64,000 nt of DNA, from assembly GCA_026026165.1 (NCBI GenBank), contig JAPEUD010000002.1, positions 248,001 to 312,000 of the forward strand, in the 5' to 3' direction. Position numbers and translations under genes: made by a program. The notes beneath the pieces are model-generated. The model made no database searches. It saw only the letters and a program-made list of their open reading frames with translations, and was not told where the DNA came from. This document shows positions 35,131 to 48,022 of the stretch, in pieces (position 1 is the stretch's first letter; each line of letters begins with the position of its first letter). This DNA comes from Sarea resinae (Eukaryota).

Positions 35131-35365
35131 AGAGTGGTGTAAAGGTAGTGAGTGCCATGTAGACGGCGCGTGCCATGTTTTCTGTTTGCGAGCTCTCGGA
35201 TCTCCCCCGGTCTCCCCCACACTTCGTCACCGGCACATCCCGTCCTAGTCCCCCTCTCCCCATTGTTTGCTCCATGCTTCCTACACGCCATCTTCTTGCC
35301 CAGATCTGGATACCTCATTGCCCTTGAGTATATAATTACGATTGAGCTGACGACGATAAAACGTC

Positions 35366-36653
35366 ATGTCCGCATTACGTCCTCTACGCCCTCCCTTCTT
35401 CCGGCTTTGCAAAAGCTGCCGGCGGGCGTTCTCGGCGTCCACGAGGCGCCCATCGGAACATGTCCGACTCATAGAAGTCGGTCCTCGAGATGGCCTGCAG
35501 AACGAAAAACACATTGTACCGTTTGATACGAAGATAGAATTAATTAAACGTCTGGCTGGTACAGGTCTGAGGGATATAGAGGCTGGATCTTTCGTCTCTC
35601 CGAAATGGGTCCCTCAGGTGAGTATTCTACACTGCTAGCACCGATATGCAACAGATGTCTCACGCAGAGGGACTTTATGCTGATAGCAGATTCTAGATGG
35701 CCAATTCCGCGGAGATTCTCGAACACATCCTCAAAACTCCGCCCAAAGCACCGCACGACATATCATACTCTTTTCTAGTGCCGAACATAAAGGGTCTTGA
35801 GAATTACCTTACGGTTTCCGAGTCATCTAGTTGGTCGCGCAAAGGGTCAGAAAACACGTCATCCCACGAACCTAATGCTCCACCAACACCGCCGCCATCT
35901 CCGGGGCCTTACGAAGATACAGCTCCGATCACCTCATCAGAGAATCCGAACGAGATGCGGTCACAGACCTTTGGCCCCGGCTCGACATCAGCATCAAAAT
36001 CGGCACCGTCCCCTTCGTCGCCACCTACAGAAGTCTCAATATTTGCTGCCGCGACTGAGAGCTTCTCCCAAAAAAATATCAACTGCAGTGTTGCCGAGTC
36101 CCTCGAAAGATTTCGGCCCATTATGACACTAGCGAAGACTCGCAACGTTCGCGTCAGAGCTTATATCTCTGTTGCTCTTGGCTGTCCGTACGAGGGTCCA
36201 GATGTCTCGCCAGCGAAAGTCGCCGAGCTTTCTGCCACCTTGCTTGAGATGGGAGCCGATGAGATATCTGTGGCTGATACCACAGGAATGGGAACAGCCC
36301 CACGCACAACCGAGCTGCTGCGGACTCTCTCTGCGTCCGGGATCTCAAACAAGGACCTGGCCGTGCACTTCCATGATACCTACGGGCAGGCCCTGGTCAA
36401 CACTGTCGTGGCGCTCGAACACGGTATAAGGGTATTTGACAGCAGTGTTGGAGGCTTGGGAGGTTGCCCTTATTCAAAAGGTGCAACGGGGAACGTAGCT
36501 ACCGAGGATCTTGTCTACACTCTTCACAGCTTAGGCGTCACGACAGGAGTCGATCTAGAGAAGTTAGCCACAATCGGTTCCTGGATCTCCAAGGAGCTCG
36601 GCAGAGAGAATGACAGTAGAGTTGGAAAAGCAGTTTTGGCTAGGATGGATTAA
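35366..36653 (+). CDS. HMGCL: Hydroxymethylglutaryl-CoA lyase, mitochondrial; 2 exons
   Basis: Motifs EVGPRDGLQNE, GSFVSPKWVPQ, intron, MA, HFHDTYGQAL and GLGGCPYSKGATGNVATED. Arg-rich presequence. Confidence 0.96.
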
Positions 36654-37349
36654 TCAACCATGCCATGCAGACGGTCGCATCTACTTTGGCTTTCAGGATC
36701 GCACTCTCTCATCGGGAAAGTTCAAAATAGCTCGCGTCTCGCATTCCAGTCAGGGACACTGCAATCTGGCAATTCACCTCATTTATGGATTGGTAGCTCA
36801 TCAATGTCAGCTGTCGGAAGAGGCCTTACACATGGTCTTCTAATGCTGTCGGCAGGAATAGGAGAGTATACCGAATAGCAATGAGAAAGAGCGGTTTCTA
36901 TTTAGTTTCAGCATACAAGCCTCTGGAGTACTGGTGTCTCTTGAATTTTAGTATTCTCTGAACTTTATTCAGAATCAAATCACATCAATGGATCTTCCCG
37001 AAAGGCATGTCTCTCAAACAACGAGTAATCATGAGATCCCTAAATGCGTTCATGCCGGATTATGTTTCTTCGCTAGATTGATTGTGCGCGTGATACCAAG
37101 TATCGAGCGACGAGTGGATTACCCGGTGACGAGCGCCTAGTCCCTCGATCGTGGAACAACAGTACATCCCAGTATGAAGCTCTGACGGCATCTGGCGAGC
37201 AACACCAACTGCTCCTTCAAGCTGCGCCTCCCGGAGTAGACTTCTTCGATCCGTCTTTGCCCAGTCCTCGTCCTCATATCCTCTCAACAACCTTTAGGGC
37301 TCTTCTGTTGAGCAGAGTTCTCCAACGTGAGAAGAGTGCGATCTTCACC

Positions 37350-39331
37350 ATGGCACCAGAGATAATGGATCCCCGCATGACCACGGTCCATCCCAGAATA
37401 CGATACAATACCATCGGAGGGGTCAATGGCCCGCTGGTCATCCTCGACAATGTATATCTATGTCTGGCGGGGTCCTCTTCAACTCGCTGACTCCCTGTCC
37501 AGGTCAAATTTCCTCGATATAACGAGATTGTTTCCTTAACCCTACCTGATGGCTCCGAACGGTCTGGACAAGTACTGGAAGCTCGAGGTATGCCCAGTCC
37601 TATGCAAGATATATATCATAGCTGTCTCTGACATTATTGATCTTGTCCAGGAAACCGGGCTGTTGTACAGGTAACCCTCAGTCGCTCGGAATTGTCATGA
37701 TTTCGTATACTCATCTTCTTCTCAGGTCTTCGAGGGTACTTCAGGTATTGACGTCAAGAAGGCATGTCTCATGGATCTTTATGTTAGTGGTTCATACTGA
37801 CACCTGGCAGACAAAAGTCGAGTTTACTGGACATAGTTTGAAACTTGGCGTCTCGGAGGACATGCTTGGTCGTATTTTCGACGGCTCAGGTCGTGCGATT
37901 GACAAGGGCCCGAAAGTTCTTGCGGAAGATTACCTCGACATTAACGGCAGCCCTATCAATCCATATTCTCGGGTATGCATCACGTCGAAGTTGTGGTTAA
38001 GTTGCTAATGTTTTGCTAGGTTTATCCTGAAGAGATGATCTCTACTGGTATCTCAGCTATCGACACCATGAACTCTATTGCCAGAGGCCAGAAGATTCCC
38101 ATCTTCTCCGCGGCTGGTCTCCCACATAACGAGATTGCGGCCCAGATTTGTCGTCAAGCTAGTTTGGTCGCGAAGCCCACGAAGGGCATTCACGATGATC
38201 ACGAGGATAATTTCTCCATTGTCTTCGCAGCAATGGGTGTCAATTTGGAAACCAGCCGATTTTTTACCCGTGATTTCGAGGAGAACGGAAGCTTGGAGAG
38301 GGTTACCCTATTCTTGAACTTGGCAAACGACCCTACGTAAGGTTCCGAACTGCTCATCAAGATGAGAGAAATGCTAACACTAGACAGAATTGAACGCATC
38401 ATTACGCCTCGTCTTGCCCTTACTACCGCCGAATACTACGCCTATCAGCTCGAGAAGCACGTTCTGGTCATTCTCACCGATTTGTCGGCCTACTGTGATG
38501 CTCTTCGTGAAGTGTCTGCCGCAAGAGAAGAAGTGCCTGGTCGTCGCGGTTACCCCGGTTATATGTACACGGATTTGTCCACAATCTATGAGCGTGCTGG
38601 TCGGGTCGAGGGACGGAATGGTTCAATTACTCAAATTCCCATTTTGACCATGCCTAATGACGGTAAGATCTGCTTTCCCAGAAAGAGAAACGGAGCTAAT
38701 AATCCTGTAGATATCACCCACCCTATCCCCGATCTGACTGGATACATCACGGAGGGCCAGATCTTCATTGACCGTCAACTCCACAACCGTGGTATCTACC
38801 CACCGATCAACGTTTTGCCTTCTCTATCTCGTCTCATGAAGTCTGCTATTGGAGAGGGCCACACAAGAAAGGATCATGGCGATGTCTCTAACCAGCTTTA
38901 CGCCAAATACGCCATCGGTCGTGATGCCGGTAAGTCGCTTCTGGTCAAGAAACCCTGTCCCTCTGGCTGATAATGTCGCAGCATCCATGAAGGCTGTCGT
39001 TGGTGAGGAGGCGCTGTCATCTGAAGACAAACTTTCGCTTGAATTCCTGGAAAAGTTCGAACGCACCTTCATCTCTCAAGGCGCATACGAGGGTCGCAGT
39101 ATCTTTGACTCACTAGACCTGGCCTGGAGTCTCCTACGCATCTATCCGAAGGAACTTCTCAACCGTATTCCAGCCAAGGTACTTAACGAATTCTACCAAC
39201 GATCCGCAACCGATCGCAAAGCAAAGCAGCGAGGAAATAAGGATACGAGAGATAATGCCGATCAGCCAGACGGCGAGGCTGAGCCGAGCAAGCCAAATGG
39301 ACATGCAGAAGGGGACCTCATCGATGCTTGA
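37350..39331 (+). CDS. VMA2: V-type ATPase V1 subunit B; multi-exon
   Basis: Motifs [71 protein letters not shown] and [16 protein letters not shown]. Confidence 0.98.
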
Positions 39332-39728
39332 GTCGGAATCTTGTAATCAGTAAACCTTTTCCACGACATCCGAGTGTGAGGTTTCAATAAGGCCAAATCA
39401 TTCTTCTAACATCATACCTGCCAGAATAGCATTGATCTTTTCTTATGTGTGTCTCTTATGTGTGTTCCCAGTATATCAATACAGTTTATGCAATATCAAT
39501 TTGGGTATGCGTTTTCCAAGACATCTCTTCTGGTGAATGCGCTCCATCCATCTCAATCTCCGAAAGATCTATATCCTCGGGCCTGTCGACCTGTATGCTT
39601 CCCTAGTATGCAAAGTACCACCCGACAAAGTATTCATGCAGAATCGATATCCCTCTTTCACTCCGCATTGTAATATGATACTCCAATCATGCCATGGCGC
39701 TTTGGTCACAGCGCTCCAGTTCGCGATA

Positions 39729-40196
39729 TCAGAAATCCGTCACGCGCCCATTGTAACTCCAATCGCCACCGCTGCCCCACCGCAGCGGCTCGTTCTTCGG
39801 ACCTCCAACCTCACCAGTTTTGGGGTTCTTGTCACCTTCGAACTCGGGTTTTGCACCCCGTCTGATATCTGGGTGTAGCTCATCGCCCTCGCCGGTCGCT
39901 TCCACCCGAGCATTAATCGCCTCGGCCTCCGGCTGCTGTGTCGACTGTGGCGACTGATTGATTGGGGGTCGGCTCACTTGGTTCACAGATGCTGGTGAAG
40001 GTGCTTTCGGAGTACTGAAGGCTCCGGTCGATGCACGCTGTAAGCGCTCGAACTCTTCTTGCTCTTCTTTGGGGAGGCGGGGTGGTGATGGGCCGGTGGA
40101 CCACGAGGGAGAGCTGAAGTGGGTGGCCGTGGTACTGAAGGGGCGCGGTTGAACGCGAGAAACGAGGCGCATTGCGCGAAGACTTTGAGATCGCAT
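39729..40196 (-). CDS. SDH8: Succinate dehydrogenase assembly factor 4 (DUF1674)
   Basis: Mitochondrial presequence, GPSPPRLPKEEQEEFE, and C-terminal NPKTGEVGGPKNEPLRWG..DWSYNGRVTDF. Confidence 0.93.
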   Translation of the reverse strand: MRSQSLRAMRLVSRVQPRPFSTTATHFSSPSWSTGPSPPRLPKEEQEEFERLQRASTGAFSTPKAPSPASVNQVSRPPINQSPQSTQQPEAEAINARVEATGEGDELHPDIRRGAKPEFEGDKNPKTGEVGGPKNEPLRWGSGGDWSYNGRVTDF

Positions 40197-40481
40197 TTTG
40201 GTGAATTTCTTGTGATGCAGGGAAGTAAAATTGTCGACGGGCGTAAGTGTTGGGAGCGCTGTGGCGTTGCTGTTTTGTTCTATGATGCCTTCGAGGTTGA
40301 GCCGAGGGAGAGCGGGCCGAATCGGGAGAAGACCTCGGATCGGATTAACAAAAGTCCGTTATCTTTACGATAAGATAGAAATCTCGCCGCGCAGAGTCAT
40401 CATACACTGCAGTACTCTGTACTACACTCCCTCACTCTCTCTCCGTTGTCGGCAAAAGTTTTGTTTGGGATCAACGACGAC

Positions 40482-40490
40482 TTGAGTCAT
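40482..40490. promoter_or_regulatory. Gcn4/CpcA/Cpc-1 response element (TTGAGTCAT)
   Basis: Perfect TGAGTCA core about 100 bp upstream of the ARG8 ATG. Confidence 0.65.
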
Positions 40491-40591
40491 TATCCCATGG
40501 TCAATAGAGTAGAGCCAATTGACGTTCCTATTCTGCATTTGTCTGTTCGCTTTCTTTTTTTCTCGGCTTCTTCGTCTTCTCCTCCTTCATC

Positions 40592-42149
40592 ATGGCTTTG
40601 AGACTGTGGACTAGGCGTGTTGGTGCTGCTCGCTCCGTGCGACAGATATCCGCCATATCTTCAGGCCCAGGGAAAATGCACGCATCAAACCTTCCAAAGG
40701 CTTTCAGAGATGAGATTGATGTGTGCAGCCAACTCCTTCCTCGCAATCGAGAATCTAATTTCCGTGTAGAACGAAGCATCCCTTCCGAACTTCGACCCTC
40801 CCAAAGACTCTCAGACGGCCGCTCTCGTAAACGATCAGTTGCCCTACATGGTGCCGACCTACGTTCGACCGCCGCCAATGTTTGCAAAGGGTGAAGGCTG
40901 CTATCTTTGGGACGTGGAGAATAGACGATATCTGGATTTTACGTCGGGGATTGCGGTGAATGCGCTTGGGCATTGCGATCCTGAGATGTCTAAGCTGCTC
41001 GCACAACAGGTAACGCTTCAGCTCTGCTTTGGTCTCCCGACGCCCATTTTAAATTAACTCTCTCAGGCCCAAACCCTTGTTCATACCTCCAATTTATATC
41101 ATAATCCATGGACGGGCGCGCTTTCTAAACTTTTGGTCGAGAAAACTTTAGCCTCTGGCTCCATGCAAGAGGCATCGAAAGTCTTCGTTTGCAACTCAGG
41201 TTCAGAGGCTAATGAAGCCGCCATCAAATTTGCCCGTAAAGTAGGCAAGGTTCTCGAGCCCTCCGGCTCCAAGCATGAGATTGTTTCCTTTCACCAATCT
41301 TTCCATGGCCGTACCATGGGCTCCTTGTCTGCAACTCCAAATCCAAAATACCAGAAACCCTTTTCGCCCATGCTCCCCGGCTTCAAATATGGCACCTTCA
41401 ACGACGAGTCGGCTCTCCATGACTTAGTCACGGAGAACACTTGTGGTGTCATCATTGAGCCGATTCAAGGCGAAGGTGGTGTCAACGTGGCTACACCTTC
41501 CTTTCTTCTCGCCCTACGTGCTCGCTGCAGTGAAGTCGGCGCTGTCCTCATCTACGATGAAATCCAATGCGGTCTCTCCCGAACAGGTACACTCTGGGCG
41601 CACACTTCTCTCCCCAAAGAGGCTCACCCGGATATTCTCACGACGGCCAAAGCCCTTGGAAATGGCTTCCCTATTGGAGCGACCATCGTCTCCGACGCCG
41701 TTTCCTCCAAGATCGTCACTGGCGATCACGGGACCACATTCGGTGGCAACCCACTCGCCTGTCGTCTAGCCCACTACATCGTCTCCCGCCTTACCGAACC
41801 CGAACTCCAAGCCTCCGTGCTCAAAAAGGAACAACTTTTCCGCAAGCACTTCGAAAGCCTGAAACAGCGTTTTCCCTCTGTTGTCACCGAGGTCCGTGGA
41901 CGTGGTCTCCTACTCGGTCTCCAGCTTTCTCAGGATCCAACGCCTATCGTCACAGCGGCGCGAGAGCGAGGTCTTCTGATCATCACATGCGGCACTAACA
42001 CACTACGGTTCGTACCTCCGCTCGTCATCTCGGAAGAGGAGATTGAGGAGGGCATGAGCATTTTGGGGCAGGCCATGGAGGCTGTCTTTCACAAGGGTGA
42101 GAGCGTCGAGGGGACTCCTGGCCAGCAGGAGATGGCTGGCAAACCATGA
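40592..42149 (+). CDS. ARG8: Acetylornithine aminotransferase, mitochondrial; 3 exons
   Basis: Motifs YLDFTSGIAVNALGH, CNSGSEANEAAIKFAR, SFHGRTMGSLS, IYDEIQCGLSR, AKALGNGFPIGA and HGTTFGGNPLA. Introns at about 40721-40769 and 41010-41066. Confidence 0.97.
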
Positions 42150-45100
42150 TCTGTAACTCTATCTTTGAATCAAGAATATATATACCCCTGATGCATTATA
42201 TTGGGAAGAGCCGCTTTGTCCGAATGCCCTCTTCTTTCTACGTCGTTGCAATTTTGTTCCTCGAAGAAGTCCCAAGGATTTCGCGTGCGTGCAGAGAGCC
42301 GGAAAGTCGGGTAAGCCATTCACTTCTCGATTGTAAGTACGTCCCTTCGTTGACACCGCATCTGGGTACCTCTAGTGAATGCCTCATCCTTTCTATCTCT
42401 TATTCCATACCACCACACAGCCCGGCCCGGCTTCAAAACGGCTACCTTACTTACATCTATAACACCACAGCATCATCATCATCATCATCATCATCATCTT
42501 TATCACTATATCATCGTCAATTTCTCTCTCATCCTTAATCCCAACAGTCTCTCCCTCTCCATGACACCCACAAGATCTAGAGAGGAGTGCTTGACACATA
42601 ACATCATCTTTCAATATTCAAGCATAGATCCAAGAAAGCCAGGCTCTCTTTTTCTTTGGGAAAGCGCCTGATGGCGCTTTCTTCCTCTTTCTTCTCTTTG
42701 CTATGATGTCTAACCATTCCCTTGGAGAGAGCTTTACGACGAAGGGATCGAGCTGCAAATCGCGACGATATCTGGACTCAGGAATCAGTGATTCGGATTT
42801 GTGTGGGTCCTGGGTCTTTGACAGTGTTTGGAGCTGCTGCTACTGCTGCTGCTGCTGCTGTCGCCGCTACCGTTGATGCTACTGGGTGCACAGGGGAAAA
42901 AGGTTGTTGGTGTATTCCGTACCTCCAAAGCTATAATAGATTGTGGGTGGGGCTAGGTTTTCTCTATACCGGCATCTAATATGTTTCATACTTCGTGGCC
43001 GGTATCTCTGTGTCTGTCTCCTGTCTCTATTACCGCCCCATGGCCCGCTAGCCAAGCGTATCAATGAGATAGGGAGTCCGGGACTAATCACTGTGCCGAT
43101 ACTTTCATGATCGCTCGAGCATCTTTACTTTCCTTTCCTTTCTTTCTTTAAATGAAAACTGGGGCCGGTAGCGCCATTGGTTTCCTTTCATTAGCCAAGG
43201 CAATTGCCTCGTCCAAGGGCTGGATGCCGGTAGACGAAAGATTATGGGACTGGCCGTGTGGGTGAAGAAATATCGGGGATCTAAATGGTGTAGTGAGCAC
43301 TTTGCCACTTTTCCTCCCTTTGGTATCCGCTATCTCTTTCTTCTTGGAAGGAAGAAGTTGAAGAACAAAGGGCTTTAGGATGGTGTCGATACTTTCATGC
43401 CTCCCCCCTCCCCGCGCACTTCCCTCCCACGCATTTCGCTCTGTCAAATATGATATGCGGCGAGCGAGGGATACGGTGGGCGTGTCGATGGGTACGTCGG
43501 GCATATTAATCGTCCACGGATATGCATCGGCCACGTGGCCTTCTGAAGAAAATGAATCGACCAAGTGAGGCTCGAGATGGCAGTCCAGAAGTGGGGTGGC
43601 GGCCAGAAGGTGGAAGAGGGGGGGGGGGGGAGAGATTCAGAGATGGTGTCGAGTACTTTCAGCGCCCTCCGGGGCCTTTCTTCCTTCTCCTCATCTGGTG
43701 TCAGGGCTGACTTGGTCCTGCTGAACATGGCGGGATTGGGGGGTTGTCACGTATCTGGACCCAAAAGCGAGAAGCGGCCCTGCTGTCAGGAGTGTTCTGA
43801 TCATAACCTCAGGCCAGGCTAGGCCAGGCCAGGCCAAAGCAAGTTCCTACGTGCGTGGGCCAGAAATGGGGTGGGGCTCCTGTGGCATGCACTAGCCGGG
43901 TTTTATGCCTATTTGCCTACTATACACCACCGCGCCTCCCACGGTTCCCCTGGAGCGTTTTGTTTTCGTACGGGTAGGGGTATGTTGTCTTCTAATCTCT
44001 CTGAGTGGATTTATAAATGGTGTCGAGGGGGGTATATGGATGTGGATGTGGATGTGGATGTGGTGTGCTGCTCTATTACCGTTTCCGTTTCTTTTTTCTT
44101 TTTTATCTTTTTTTCGGAAAGATCGGCACAGCGGGGTCGCTCACGGCGATATGGCTGGAGAGAGAGAGAAAGATGAGAATGAGTGGGGTCGGAGGAATGA
44201 ATTGGCGGGCGGTATAGGCTGGAAGGTTAATGGGAACCCTTGACTTGACTCAAAATGATGGCTAGGAGGAGCACGAACAAGTACGAGCACGATAACAACA
44301 ACAACTTGACGGTAACAACGGCAGCAGCCGCGCCGAAAAAAAGCATCTACAAAAACCAACATCTCCCCACCGAGCAAAGAAGAAACGCACCGAAAAAAAA
44401 AAAAAAAAATGCGCTCCGACACCAGAAAACGCTCAAGCCGCGTACCTCTTCGATTCACGGGGACGAAGGGGGCGGGGGGTGGGGGTTGGGAGGCGGGATG
44501 GGATGAATGTTCAGAGAACTTTAAATCCCCCCCCCCCCAAAGGGCGTCCACGAGCTCGGGATGTACGGCGTATATATAGATGGATCGAGAAACCAAAGGC
44601 GCAAACGGGTGACCTTCGTACGCGCATTTTATCTGAAGGAAGTCTTGTGCAAACGGAGATTGTCAGGTGTGTATAGGCAGGCTGGCAGGCTGGCAGGCTG
44701 GATGGGAATGGGAATGGGAATGGGAATGGGATGGCAAACAGGGAACGCAAAGCTGCTTAGCATAGTTTATATAGGGGGGGGAGAGAGAGAGCAATAGTAT
44801 ATCGCGGATGTGTTGTAGGTTAGTAATACTCCAAGGGATGGCAATGAATGAAGTCGTGATGATGAATTCAATATGAATGATAAATAATACGCTCGACATA
44901 GTACTAATGAGAATGCCAACCCCAAGCGGTTCGAATACAACTATAGTAGGGATAAGAACGGAGAAGAAAGGTCTAGAAAGTCTACGGCTTATCACAGAGA
45001 TACAAGAGTAGCATTTTCAACCCGTTTTCATCAGTTCGATTTCCTCTCCTTTTCGCTATACCCAAATACCATAGATAATCCGAAAGAGAGAAAAGAGATC

Positions 45101-45361
45101 CAAGCTACCTGGCTACCATCGTGGACGTGTTCTTAGCACGTCAATAGTAGAGATAGATGTCATAAAACGCCACCCCTAATAACACCCTAGACTCATCCTA
45201 TAGACAACCCCCCGTAGATACAAAGGAGATAGCGAGATCAAGACAGACTCACAGAAAGAGACAAAACGAGAATCGTGTAAAGAAAAAACGCCACGCGCTA
45301 TGCAATGCTATCTAAATTTCAGAGGAGAGGAAAACGCAAAACCCTACCGCTGCCGCTACCG

Positions 45362-47738
45362 CTACCGCTTCACGTCCGGCGCTAGAACTGTAACCATGCC
45401 GTAACTGCTCTCCCTCTGCATCCCTTTCCCAGCATGCACATCCACATTCCGCTGGCCGGCAAAGCCGACTTTCTCATCCTCGGGCCACGTACCATCTGCA
45501 CTTACAGCTGAATGGGCACCTTCCCCATCAGTAGGGCTGGGGTCGAAGGCCGGGAAGGCTGCCCCGGCAGCAGTAGGGTTCCTTGGGACTGCAGGTGCAG
45601 CCGAGGTGCTGATCGCAGCTGTGGTGGCGCCGTACGAGGGGGCCGAAGGAGGAGGGGGCGCAGAAGCGTAGCTATACGAGGGACCACCTTCAGCTCTCGT
45701 CTTGTCCTTGCGCCACCAGAGACTCGCAGTGCGGATTAGCCCGATCAAGACTATGGCGAGCCAGATACCAAGGATAGACGCCGAAATGACCACTTCGGTA
45801 TGGATCCCTTCGGCAATCTTGTTTGTCATGCTAACAACCGCATTGCTGATCTGATCCGTGGCCTGAGACCCTGAAGCTGCCAGGAACGAGTCAGACGGAT
45901 CTCCTCCCTTGGAAGTAGCATTGGTGATGGATTCGGACGCGCCAAGAGAGAAGGTATTATTGGGCAGGGTTGGAAAGTCGACTTTGGCGTTATCAGAGAC
46001 CCATGTGAGTCCCTTTTCAATCCCTTGGACTTTGAGCCCGAGGACGCAATTCAAGAGGTCCCTAGAGGCATCGTGGAGGACGTTGTCAGGGGGGAAGGTT
46101 GCGTTGAGAGCGTCATACATGTTATCCATGAAAGTATTGAGAGTGTTATTCAGGGCGGTGGTAGTCTCGTTGACCCAGCCAAAGACATGGGTATTGATAT
46201 CGTTGTTCGTCGTGTCAATGACGTTGTTTGTGCCTTGGGCCCATTCTGTCGAGGCGTTGTTCAGGGCGCCGACGACTTTGTCGGCAAAGGCGCCAACTTG
46301 GTTTGAGAGGGCAGGGATCTCCTTTTCGATTGACTTGAGGAGAATATATTGGCACAGACATCCGAGCAATCCCGCGATAGCCAGAGAAAGGACGAACAGC
46401 GCAGGTGTCGAGGTCAAATAGGCTATAAACCACCGGACAAGAATCTGGCGGCGAGCCGACTTGAATTTATTGGCGACCTTGATGCCGAAAGTGCTCGTGT
46501 AAGGCCGGCTGGCAATTTGAACCACGTCGATGGGATCGAACGAGCTTTGACTGAGTAGCTGGGCACGTCTCTGGACTGTTCGCCAGCTCCGGATCTCTCG
46601 GTAGGCCATGGGAATGCAGACCAATATAGCCAGAATAACAAGCACGGCAATGAAAATCCTCCGAGCAAGATTCGCGATAGAATCGAGGTCATTGAAGAAA
46701 TCATTGATACCGTTGTTGTCAGAGCAGAATGTGAGCTGCTTCTTCTCGGGGACTGGCAAGGCGGAATTATTGAATTCGTAATGGCCGATTAATCCACTGA
46801 TCAATTTCTGTAGACTTGTTAGCACAATGCAATCACTAGTACAGCACGGGAACTCTCACTTTGACATTCTCAAATGGCATTTCAAGGGCAGCGTTCGTGG
46901 CGTTGTGAACCTGAGAAAAGGTAGGGATTGAAGCATTCAGCTTATCCAGATCCTCGTCCAGGCTCGAAGGCAGCGAAAGATGTTCCAGTTGATCCAAAGA
47001 TGAAGATACATTCGGGAGCGAAAGCTTGCTCATGAAATCTTTCACATGGAAAAAATCGGCCGTCTCTTTGACAGTCGTCTCAAAAGCGCCGACCGAGCTA
47101 TTGATGCCCGAGCCAATGTCCTTGAGAGTGGTGTTCAAAAAGCTGGCTGTATCGTTTGCTACCTTCATGGCAACGTCGAGACTTCCGCTGATTGCCAATG
47201 TAATGAGGCAGACATATGTCTGAGTCAGAAGATTGATGTAGAAAACGACTATGGCCTCTACCGCAGTGACACTGAGCTCGAGCATGGACAAGAGCCCGTT
47301 GATGGCGCTTGTGACCCCAGCAGCGGTGAGCTCATTGACGCCTTGCGACATATAATGTGGCATAGATGCCATGGCACTGCCCATGCTCTCAACTCCCGTG
47401 CATGCTGAGAGAGCCTCTTTTCGCGCCGAATCGATATCATGGTTCATGTTTGACACGGCCAGGAGAGTCCGGAAAAGAACGAGCAGCAGTAATATGGTCC
47501 AGCGGTTGATCCATACTTGTGAAAGGCGAGAGCGAAGACCAAGGTAAGGCGTCAGATTGGGTGCGGTATTTGGGATCGGTGGTGGGCCATCACGGGTGGC
47601 ATTGTAATCTCGCATCTCATGATCGCCAGCGTAAAGAGATGAAGGGACGGCCGGGTAGGTAGGCGGGAGATCGTTCCTCGCAGAGGACATCTCGGTGCTA
47701 GACTGCAAGAAATGTCTGAGCCCAGCCAGTGGAGACAT
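45362..47738 (-). CDS. PRM1: Plasma membrane fusion protein Prm1; 2 exons
   Basis: Motifs TPYLGLRSRLSQVWINRWTILLLL, SACTGVESMGSAMASMPHY, VRWFIAYLTS, INTHVFGWVNETT and CVLGLKVQGIEKGLTWV. Confidence 0.95.
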
Positions 47739-48022
47739 TTGGGAAGATGAAGATTATAGGATCGTGGGGGGAGAGAATCAATCTGAAAAGCAGGAAGTAA
47801 AAAGACGAGGTAGGAACCAGAAGATGGAATATTAGAAGATGATGGCCTGCATCGAATGGAATAAAAGATACAAAAGAAATTCGTACTCGTGTGAAGTGGT
47901 GGTAGTGTATTGAGAGGAAGGTAAGTGATTGAGAAGGAAGAAGGAAGAGGTGAAGTGAAGTGAGATCACACGCACCCTATAACGCTGCTCAGGCCGAGCA
48001 AACGACCATGAGCTCTTCTCGA

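Noticed and set aside
34321..35142. 273 aa ORF antisense to the transposase
   Set aside because: No motifs. Shadow ORF.
44920..44945. GGTTCGAAT resembling a tRNA T-loop
   Set aside because: No cloverleaf stems or A-box around it. No tRNA or 5S gene was recognised in the window.
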